In this document: positions 16,001-28,000 of the stretch, one piece after another
Position numbering within the stretch: the first letter of the stretch is position 1
Layout: every line of letters begins with the position of its first letter
DNA from: Phallusia mammillata
Lineage: Eukaryota
Assembly (NCBI GenBank): GCA_965637545.1
Contig: OZ281494.1
Span: forward strand, 12,400,001 to 12,464,000
Reading direction: 5' to 3'
DNA: 64,000 nucleotides
The notes under the pieces: model-generated
Told to the model about the DNA's origin: nothing
Seen by the model: only the letters and a program-made list of their open reading frames with translations
Database searches by the model: none
Position numbers and translations under genes: made by a program

Positions 16001-19000
16001 ACAAACTACATTTAAAATATTTTAGTGCGCCACCTACCGGAATACCTGCGTGCTGTGAGTTCCTGTGTTAGTAGTTTTACCGAATTATTTGTTTAGCAGA
16101 TGAAGAGGGGTAGGGTTATGATGTAAGTTTTTAATAATTTTAAATTAGAAACTAAGTTTTGTTGCTAGTTTTTTTGAACTGTAAATGCTAATACCTTATC
16201 TTGACCCTAATAGTCCCAACCGCGAGTATTTTAGAGATATATCGTTAAAATGGGTAAAGTGCTCTTTGCGCCACCTTTTTAAAAAATGGCTAATATTCCC
16301 GTATAAACGTTTGTTGAACGTATGGTTAAAGCAACAGTGTAAATAAGTCACGTTCTTTTTTTTAAAAAAAACGCGTTTTTTCAGTTTATTTGATTAATTA
16401 ACGTTACCACATGTTTTAGGTTACACCGAACGACATGGAATGTACAGAGTAAACCGAAACGACTATACCAGGACAGCTAAACAATCCGCGTGGTTTTACG
16501 CTGATTTGGTGCGTGAAAACCGTCTCACAGGATATAAAAGTCAGTGTCCCTATGACGACGACAGGGAACGGTTTCTGTACGGGGAATTCCCAGCAGGTGA
16601 CACAAATTTTTCATTACTGTATCTATTTTTCTAATTTACGTATTTTTTGGCCGAACTATTTAAGAAAATAATATCACACATTCCAAAGCAAAATATGACT
16701 AAACGTTCTTGTCGATTTTCTGAAAATGCTAAGTAACTAAAAATTCATTACGTTGGGTTGTGTTTGCATCATGTTTCAACAGGTTGGTTTTGTAAAGTAC
16801 TGCACATAAACCTTGATGTCTGTATTTAAAAATTAGGTTTTGCTTGGTCTTCTGCAACGTCTTCATATCAAATCGAGGGCGCCTGGAACGTCAGCGGAAA
16901 GGGCGAGAGCATTTGGGACGTGTTTACCCACGCAGGAAAATCGCGTAATAATGACACAGGAGACGTTGCATGCGACAGTTATAATAAATATCAGGTACAA
17001 CACACAAAACGCCATTAAATCCCCTAGTTTTTTTAATGCTGTCTTTTAAACAATTAACAAACAACATGTGCTATTGACTTAATCAGGCCGGCACTAATGA
17101 TAAGCCTGTGTATTTTGAAATATTGTGGACATTTCGTTTTACGATTATTGTGAACCCACGATTTTAGCATAACAAACATTCGTATTTACACCGTAGACGG
17201 ACGTAGGACTGCTTAAGAACTTGTCGGTGGGTTATTATCGATTCTCACTCTCCTGGCCTCGTCTTATTCCTACCGGATTTTACGAAAACGGAACCAATCC
17301 TGATGGCGTCCGCTACTACAATGCTTTGATCGACGAATTACTGAGCAATGGAATCCAACCGATGGTAACACTTTACCATTGGGACTTGCCACAGGTATTT
17401 ATCATTTAAAATGTTGTGACTGTTTTTTCAATCATATATCGTAATGTAATACTTTTGGTGACAAAAATGAGATATTGTCTTCTGGTGTGTCTTTCACAAT
17501 GATTTTGCTATTGATTTACTGGGTTTATACTCCATAACTAACGCGTTTTTAGGATTTGGAAGCGCTTATTGGAGGTTGGCTTGACAAGAGCGATACGATC
17601 GTGGATCAGTTTGAAAAATACACAGATTTCTGCTTCCGGATGTTCGGGGACAGAGTGAAGTTTTGGATCACCTTCAACGAACCTTTTATCACAGCACAAC
17701 TAGGTGGGTTTGTATGGTCTGCAGAGAACTAAGGGAGTCAACATGCTTTCCAACATAGCTTTATACTTATTTCATAAATGCATGACAAAATTTTTCTTTA
17801 GGTTATGGAGTAGCTGCTTTCGCACCAGCCATTTATAGCCCCGGGGAAGGAGTTTATCAAGCTGCACATAATATTATCAAATCACATGCTCGGACCTTCC
17901 ACCTCTACAACAATACATACCGAGCTACACAAAACGGACAGATTGGAATAACCCTTAATTCTAACTGGGTTGAACCTGCGATTCCCCTTGACCCAGAATA
18001 CATCGAAGCATCGGTTAGTTGAATACAATTAATATAACATGCGGGGTCCGACAAAATATATGCCTGTGAACTGGTTTTAAAGAAGGGCTAAGATCTGCTT
18101 TTGAAATTTTACAATACTCCGTCAAATATAAGGTCAGAAAATAAATCGAAAACTTGTTCGAAAATAGCTTTGAAAAGAGTTTGCTTATTTTATGGCAAAC
18201 TAGCCTACATTCAATTTACGACAAATTATTACAACATTTTCAAAAACAAATTTGTGTTAAAACTTTCGTCAAAATTTCATTTGTGAACATATGCCTGCAA
18301 ATAATATCTAACAATCTTTATTTTTCAGCAACGAAGCTTAGCTTTTGCCACCGGTTGGTTCGCAGAGCCGATTTTCGGTTCTGGTGACTATCCGGAAGTC
18401 ATGCGATGGAATGTAAGTTGATTCTTCCTTGATTTTAACAAGGCAATATCAAAAACAATCTTTTACTAGGCAGTTTATTGAATTTGAGAAAGCTAATTAT
18501 TCTTTTATTGACAGTTCTCAAGACCGAATAAAGCGTTTTTTTGTTACATTGTTTATCTATGTACCTTACGTTGTGTGTTTTGCGTCAAGGTTGGCAATAG
18601 GAGCGAGTACTACAATATCACGACGGAACGACTTCCATTTTTCACAGAGGCGGAGATGATCTTGAACCGAGGCAGTTCCGATTTCTTCGGTTTAAATCAT
18701 TACACCTCCAACTTAATTGTTCCTTGCTCGTACTATCCTGCAGAAGGTCCAACTTATGATTCTGATCAAGTAAGAAATGAATCTTTTGGTCTATTCCGAT
18801 TTATGTCCACAACAATACCAAGTTAATTTGCAAAATTATATTTTAACCGTCTGAGGGTACTGTTTATATTTGATAAAAATACCAAAAAAGATTTGCGCCT
18901 GAGTGATCAAAAGGTCAGCCTTACTTTTTAACTTTCTCTAGAGAAATAATTTTAAAAACATTCAGTTGATTAAGGAACATTCATTTCTCAGTCATCCTGT

Positions 19001-22000
19001 TTGAATACTTGTGAACCAGAGGCCATGCAATTTCAAAAGCATAGAGTAGATATAATACGACTTCACTGCAGCGGCTGTGGATGGTTGGCGCTCTGAAATA
19101 AGTAATATTATTTTAATCAATGTCATATTTTTACCATTAAGGAAGCATGTGGGCCAGAAGACTCCTGCATTTGGCCTGGATCCGCGTCCAGTTGGTTATA
19201 CCAAGTTCCCTGGGGTTTGCGTAAATTACTGAACTGGATAAAGCGTACCTATGGCGACCCTGTCATTTATATCACTGAAAACGGTATCTCTGGTCACGAT
19301 TACGATGGAATTGATGACGAGTTCAGAACAAATTACTACAGAAACTACATCGGAGAAGTCTTGAAAGGTAGGTTAAGTTTTTTCTTCTTTAGGCCGCTGT
19401 GGATGGCTTACTGTACTGAAGGTGTCCACAGCTCGTCTAAAGTACACATACATTTTTACACATGATATATATTGATAAACAAAAATGTTGGATGGGTTTT
19501 GTTTTTAAATTGAAACATATTTTCAGCGATTAACATCGACAACGTAAACGTTCGAGGATACACGGCGTGGTCCCTGATGGACAATTTCGAGTGGGGTGAG
19601 GGCTACAGTGAGAGGTTTGGGTTACACTGGGTCAACTTCAGTGACCCGGAACGAACCCGAATACCGAAGCAGTCAGCTGCTTACTACAAATCACTGGTTG
19701 AAACCCACGGCTTTGAACGAAGCAGTACTGAACCCTGGGAATATTTTTGGGCAAAGTAAAATAAACTTTGTCGTAGTTATATAAACAAAAGTATATTTAA
19801 CAACAGCAAAATAGTCAAAGAACTTGTATTTAGAGATGTCACCGTAATATAGACGCTTCAACAGTCGCTGTTGTCATCATGCGTGCGAAGCGATTGTTGA
19901 ACGGTCTGTAACCTACGATTGCAACCTTTGGTGTTGTTTTTTTGTCAAAAATTTTTAATGATGCAAAGGGTTTGAAACTCTTGGTTTGGCAGAAAACAGT
20001 TTTTTACAAGATTTTTGTTACACAGAAGCGACATTGACACAAATGCCTTTATTGAGGGAAGATTTGACGATGAGTTTGTGTGGGGAGCTGAATCATCTGC
20101 TTATCAGACTGAAGGAGCATGGACAAAGTTCGGAAAAGGTACTAAAAAGTATTTTTGCAGCAAGTCTTGATACTCGCTGATTTACAAACATGATTATTTG
20201 TTCATGACAATATTTGTCCCGTTTTTTTTTCAGGTCCAAGTTTGTGGGATAACTTCACACAAACGTCAGGGATGATTCCAGTATCAGATTTCATGAAAGC
20301 GAATCACGTACAAGAAAGTATAGTTGATGACAATTCCAGCTTGTCGACTGGAAATGTGGCAGCAGATTCCTACTTTAAAGCACCTTATGACACACAGGTA
20401 AAAGTCATACAGAATTGTTTTTTATTTATTTTGTGACTAGCTAAATACACTACTTGCATTAAATATTCTGATTGAACCCCGAAACAATTTCTAATTTGTA
20501 AATTTGATTGTCCTTTAGCTTTTAGCGGGTCTCGGTACCACGCATTATCGTTTCTCGTTGTCATGGTCACGTATCTACCCGGGAGGAAATTCTGACGGTA
20601 CGGAACAAGCAAATCAGCTTGCGGTCGATCACTACAATGAAGTCATCAATGAACTGATTGCGAAGGGCATCATCCCAGCAGTAACATTGGTTCACTTCGA
20701 TATGCCTCTGGATTTAGCTGAACTTGGAGGTGATCTTGAAAATTTTTATTTTTGGTTTATATAGGGCACAAGTGGTAGACACCCAGGGTAATAGAGTACT
20801 AGAAACACAGGTTGAGAATGATTAAAAGCTTATAGAAGTACTCGCATTTCACATGAAAATCTCATAAAAGTCTTAAAAATACGCTTTGCATGAAAAATTG
20901 TGTTTCAACCTTTAGTTTTATATTTTGCAAAACCACATTGTATTGATTTTCAGGTTGGCTCAACGCTGATGCCCCAAGCTGGTTTGAAAAATACGCCGAC
21001 TTCTGCTTCAACACATTTGGCGATCGCGTAAAGGACTGGGTGACGATTTACGATCCCTATACAGTGGCATGGAAGGGTTATGGAAGCGGGGTACATCCTC
21101 CGGGTAAAAAAATCTTTAGTTAAAAGTACAGTATCTGTTAAAAAAGTGTTCGATTTTTTTAAAAACACAAAGCTTTAAAAATCGTAGAATTAATAAACCG
21201 ATTTTTTAAAGGTCCGAATTCACCGGAAAGCGACACATATGAAGTTGGAAAGAACTTGTTGTTGGCGCATGCTTCAGCTTGGCAGACTTACAACAACGCC
21301 TACCGTGCATCACAAGCTGGAAGAGTAAGTGTGCACATATCTGGGTCCAAACAGTTTGCAGAAGTTTTTAACGCAGAAATACCAGACGTGGGCAGGTTTT
21401 TTTTTAAGGTTTGGTTTGGGTGACCGCTAAGTAGTTTTAAGAGACCGCAAGTGTTTCATTTAAATACCAAAAAATAGCCATATTTGCTTAAACGAATTAT
21501 TTATTAGGCTACTGGCAAATTTTGGGAAACCACTGGAGAAATTTGAAACACCTTAAAAAAACACACTGGACATGGGTGTGAAAAGTAACTTAAGTAACAC
21601 AAATCTGCCAGAGAGATTGTGTAATGCAAACGTTTCGAAAATCGCTGTTGTCATTTATTAGTATCAACTGAACTGAACCTAAACCTGATCACACTGTATC
21701 CCTGTTGCAGTAGAAACAACGATAAAGATTTTCTGTGTGACAATCAATCGTTCGTTTAGGTTTCCATCGCCCTTTCTTCCGACTGGTATGAACCTGCTGA
21801 CGCCACCTCGCAGCAAGATGTTGACGCCGCAATTCGAGCCTCGGAATTTCGACTCGGATTTTTCGCAAACCCGGTATTTATAAACGGCGATTTCCCGCAG
21901 ATTATGAAAGACCAAGTAGCGGCCAAGTCAGCTCCGGGAGCCAGCTTCCTTCCAACTCTTTCAGTAGATGAAACAAATCTCATTAAAGGTAATAAACGAC

Positions 22001-25000
22001 AACCTTTTTAGCATAAAAGTTTCCTACCACAAATGACCAATGAGATTGTGGTATATTCTACAGTTATGTCAAGATTAAGATTTGAATATACACATACCAA
22101 AACAGTCTTTTTCAGTGTATTATAACACCTTTTATGAATGCAAGGTTCTGCCGATTATTTCATCCTAATACCCGGCACTGCCCAACTTGTCTCATACCAA
22201 GACAATTCAGCTGCATCACCACAAAACTACTGGACACACCAGGTAGATTTTAAATACAACAGTAGCAAAAAGTTGATATATGCATTGAAAATATTGTATA
22301 ACCACAACCAAATTGAACAGCCATTACAAATTTAAATGCGATTTTTGTCACATAAGTGAGTTTTGGAATTTTTGTATTTAGCAAGAAAAAATATTTGTGA
22401 TATAGGTGCGACAACATGACATTAGTTTGTCACTAAGAATCAAATATTTCACTGACTAAAAATACCTTGCCTTACTTATCAGGACATAGCTTTGTCACAA
22501 GACGCCACTTGGCCCCAAATTGGAGCTGATCCAACTCAGTCCCCAGTATCTTGGTCGATTCGTCGCATTCTCTATCTCGTCCACGGCCGATACGTCTTGC
22601 CATCGTCATCACCCACCGCGATGACGTCATCCATTGTGGTTCACGACCCTGGGTTCGCAACCGATGACGTCACGCAGCTGGTTGACGATTGGGATCGCAA
22701 GGAGTATTACAAGTCGTATTTGAACGAAATGTTGAAAGGTGAGTTGTGTACAAACAAGGGCTTTGCGACACAATCGTTCAAAGCTAGGTTCCGTGCCAAC
22801 ATACACCAGTAAATGTACAATCGATTTACGAAACTGCTTTAAGTCTTGCATCAACAAGTCTCTTACATGCTAACGCTTCCTTGTACTTTTAGCCCAATAT
22901 CGCGAGGCTGTACCCGTTGGAGGCTTCTATGCCCAGTTGCTGGACAGTTTTGAATGGGAACACGGTTATACGAGAAGAGCTGGTTTACATTACGTTAACT
23001 TTAACGATCCTGACAGGTGCATATCATGTTGTGATTGGGTAAAATTTATGTCTAAACAATGTCCCAAAATCTACCTGTCGAATAACAATCTCTCCAACAA
23101 CTTATCAAAATAAAACTAGCGTTTAGTTGGAAAACAAACATGTTTGCATACCCTTGCTTTCTCTCCTATTCAGACCTAGAGTTGCGAAAAGTTCAGCGAC
23201 CTTTTATCAAGGGGTTGCGAGCGAAAACGGTTTTCCAACTTCTGAAGCCGACAAGATGTTGTACGGAACCTTTCCATCCGGTTTTATGTGGGCAGTTTCG
23301 TCAGCTGCTTACTCGGTATGTTTAAGTTTTACTTGTCTAGTAACTGGTAAATCTCAATAGTCAGATCAGTCAGATATCTGCCTGAAGAGATAATTTAAAG
23401 GCACGTTTTGTCAGATCGAGGGCGGTTACTCTGCAAAAGACAACGACAGCATTTGGGATCAGTGGACACATGGCCTCAGTGGTGACAATGCGGACGTTTC
23501 AGCCAACCAGTACGAGATGTGGGCCGATGACATTAATCTTCTGAAGTATCTTGGCGTAACACATTATCGCGTGTCGATCTCATGGAGTAGGTAAGTAAAT
23601 GAAAAACCGCCGAAGTTACCACAACGTACCAATAAAATAAAACAGCTTAAGGCAAGAAAAGACAAAATAAGTTGGACCCTATGCAACCAACTAAACCTAT
23701 ACAATAAAATTTTCTTTAGATTTCTTAGCGCCACCGGCCAACGGTATTACCAGGATTTCTTTACCGAACTAAAAAACAACAACATATCAGTGATAGCTGA
23801 CCTTTATCATCACGATCTACCAGCGAACTTGTTTGCCAATGGGTGGGCTGATGGTGGAATCGTAGCAGAGTTTGAGAAATACGCGCGAAATTGTTTCGAT
23901 CTACTTGCTCCAATGGTCGATATGTGGATAACGATTGCGGCCCCTTACGAAGAGGTTGGGTTGAATATTGTAACAATATCTTATATATGTTCTATGGCAT
24001 AATTCTTGTCTTGAAGTGTTGACTTGACACCGCAGTCAGTACGAGTCATAGCTTTTCAACCACTCTTCGTTGGATACACTTATTACAAGCCATTTTTATG
24101 GAGTTGAACTTACAGATCTCGCATTGCCACGAAGTTTTTAGTTTTCCAGCCATTCAAATATATCATAGAAATGTTTTGTTGACTAGGTAATAAACGGATA
24201 CATGGGCAACACTTGGCCTCCAGGTTTAAACGACGCACAGATGGGATATGATGCTGCACATAACATGCTGTTAGCACATGCTGCTGTTTGGACACTATAT
24301 GATACAAATTACAGGTAAACTATGCTTTTATAACTCATTTTACTGAGGCATTGCAAGTTTGCTCTCTGTATTGTTCTAAGAAGCGTTTCAAAACTCTTCT
24401 AATCAGCAAAATATAGTGTAATTTATTTTTGTCTCTAACAGATCGGTGCATCAAGGTCAAGTTGGTTTCTCTCTTCTTGCTAATTGGGCGGAACCCAACA
24501 ACCCGAGCATACAAGAAGATTACGACTACAGGGAACTGTTTCTAAATGACGTCATCGGGTGGTTCGCCAACCCTCTCGTATCCGGGGATTACCCTCAATC
24601 AATGAGAGACAGACTGGGAGCTTCCCTGCCCGTCTTCAGTACGGACAATACGGGAAAGTTTGATTTTTTCGGAGTGGATCATTACACAACTTATCTGGTA
24701 GGTTTAGTGTCAGTTTGGTAGCCGAGGTAGGGTATTAATTTAAATGTCTTTTTCATGGCTTTTTTTGATCATTTGTAAAGGGGGGAATAAGTTTTTCTAA
24801 TTAATCCTACTTAACTAGTTGCGACCTTCCAAGGACGATTTTCGGTCGTTATTTTTTTGCTTACGATTTTAATGTCACCTTGGCTCAGATATGTATATAT
24901 GTTTAATTTTCATTGGGTTATTACTTTTTCTGTTGTTCACCAATCGAATTATACCTCAACTCAACCGATTTGGTCATAGGTCAACAGCGAAGGCGCCAGA

Positions 25001-28000
25001 CAAGATATTACATGGCTTCCATTAATTGACCCTGATATAAAACCAAATCCCAATGGTCTCCGAAAAGTGGTAAATTGGATTTCACAAACTTACGGACAGG
25101 ATAAAGGACTTTTTGTTTCCGCTACCGGTGTACCGGATTGGAACACTGCACCACTAGAGGGCAACACAATCATTACGGACTATAAAGGAAATTACGTTAA
25201 CGAGGCTTTGAAAGGTATTGTGAATATTAATATTGTTAAAACAGGCATTTTGGAGATATCTTGGATGGTGTTTTTTTAATAACAGCGCATTTACTGGACG
25301 GAGTCAACCTACAAGGATTTGTGGAGAGATCGTTTCTGGACGGATTTGAGTGGGACCTCGGGTATACGGCAAGGTAATGTCTTTGTTTAGTGTATATCAA
25401 TGCATTCATAAGGTTTTTATTTCAGACTACAAACTGTTTGCGTGTGACCACTGAATTTTGCAATAACCAATAAGTCTAGTGCCAATCTTGAATTATTTTA
25501 AAATATTGTTTATGATATAACAGAATAAAACTCAAGGGTCACTTTAGTATGTTCACTTCCACGACAAGTCGTTTCAAAAATATCCTCTAAATTTGCATAA
25601 AAATGCTCAAGTACCAAAATGTGAGTATGTGCTTACGCAGATACGGCCTATACCACGTAGATTTTGGTTCTTCATTTCTCAACCGGACCATCACCACATT
25701 CGGCGAGCAATACAAACAAATTGTAACCGACAACGGATTTGCCACTGACCAACTTATCAACATGCTGCCCATTACGTCATCTGAAAGCGACGTCACCGCT
25801 TTGACAGATTCCCCTTTTGTTCCAATGGAGGCGTCGGCCATTCCGTCGTCAGCAGGTGTTTCGATTTGGGAGGTGGGTACAAGTTTGGTCACAGTACGCT
25901 GACACAGTCTCCAAGATAGCATTGAGTTAACAGTAAACGTTTGAGGATAAGTCGCTTCTTAAAAGTATTAAATAATATATGTTTTCAACATGGCTTTTGT
26001 TGCAGGAATTTAACGCAGTTACAGCTTGGGAAAGAGATCAGTTCTACTACGGAACATTCCCTGAAGGTTTTACTTGGAGTGCATCTACGTCATCTTATCA
26101 GGTAAAGTTACTTCATGAACTTTTTGTCGTTAAAGATTTACCCGAGCAATATGTCTTTTAGATCGAGGGAGCTTGGGACGAAGATGGCAAGGGTGAAAGT
26201 ATATGGGACAGATTTGCACATACTCCTAACAAAATTTACAACAATGAAACTGGGGATATTGCGTGTGATAGTTACCACAAGGTAAAACAGAAGTTGCTTA
26301 CTTTAAACTAAAGGTTTAAGATTTTGGCAACTCATTCTCATTTTGCTTGCTTTTGGCATTTGTTTTAATATTTGCACTTAATGACCTTTAAAATAAACCT
26401 TGGTTTTAGACTTCTGAAGATGTGAACCTCATTAAAATGCTTGGCGTGAGCCACTACCGCTTCTCAATTGCGTGGACCAGAATTTTTCCCGATGGAACCA
26501 ACGCTAACCTGAACCAGGCTGGTGTTGACTATTACAACCAGCTAATTAACTCTCTGATTGAACATGGAGTTGAACCAGTAGTCACTCTTTACCACTGGGA
26601 CTTACCACAGGTATTTAGATTTTATGCAAAAAAATTTATAGCACAAAGTTTAAACAGTCGATAAAATGAGTGTGTGAAATTAAATCAACATGTGAGTCTT
26701 GATTCAGCTTTTGCCTAAGACATTTTTGTTCAGTTAACTTACCCACTATCTTCCATATTTTGTGAATAGGCCCTTGAAGATATCGGAGGTTTCCAAAACG
26801 AAGTCTTCGTCCAACATTTTGTCAACTATGCGGATTTTTGCTTTAATGCCTTTGGCGACAGAGTCAAGTTTTGGATCACATTCAACGAGCCTTACGTCGT
26901 AACTTGGCTGGGGTTAGTCAATCGAGAAATATGTTACTACATGGTATATAGTGAGACCAAAAATCGCTTGTAATTTTCCAATCTAAACTTTATTGCATAT
27001 AAATTCTTCGGAGATAGCGGCAGTGCCCTCAATTAGTGTGCTATGATGTGTAATCGCATGGCCCAACTAAATCGATAAAAGGGGCATTGTGGGTGAATAA
27101 TATCTTCAAACCAAATCCATTTTACATGGGTAGATATGGAATTGGCGTCTTTGCCCCTGGAATTTACCAACCTGGTACGGCCCCTTACCTGGCTGCCCAC
27201 AACCTCATCAAGGCACACGCAAAAGCCTATCGTCTTTACGAAAGCAAATACAAAGTTTTACAAGCTGGAAGAGTTGGGATGACCATGAGCAGCGAATGGG
27301 CTGAGCCTAAAGATCCAAACAATCCACTTGATGTTGCAGCCGCTGATAGGTTCATGCAGGTACGACTGTAATTACAGTGTAAGGTTCAACAGCGACAAAT
27401 GCCTTTTCTTGCAGTCTGTGCTGGGTTGGTTTGCACATCCGATTTTCAAAAACGGGGATTATCCGGAGGTTGTCAAAAAGCAGGTGGCAGACAAGAGCGC
27501 CTTGCAAGGTTTGTCACCAAAGTTTTTCTTGGCAAAGAAATTTGCCGGTTTGCTATTTAATAGGGGTGATTTAATTCTTGCTTTAAAAAACGTTTTTTTA
27601 AATCAAAGTAACACAAAATAAGCAACCGACTATAAAACTCGTCAGCTGTCGGGAAATAATATATTTTAAAGTAAATGATTTTCTTGCCATTTTACATTGT
27701 TTTTTTTTACATTAGGTTACGCAGAGTCACGATTGCCGGCATTCACTGAAGCGGAAAAGCAAGAAATAGCAGGAAGTTATGATTTCTTTGCTTTGAACGG
27801 TTACACCTCACGCTACGTCAGCCATGAGGTTAAGGATTCGACCGTTCCCAACTATGAAAATGATCGAGACACACATGAGGTGAGAAATTGGCCTTACCAA
27901 CATCCATAAGTTTGTCGCCAAAGATTGCCATCGAGTGGCCGAATACATAGCCTCTCTGTATACGTGTTTTAAAGCTTTTTGGCGTCTGTCCTTCAGTTCG

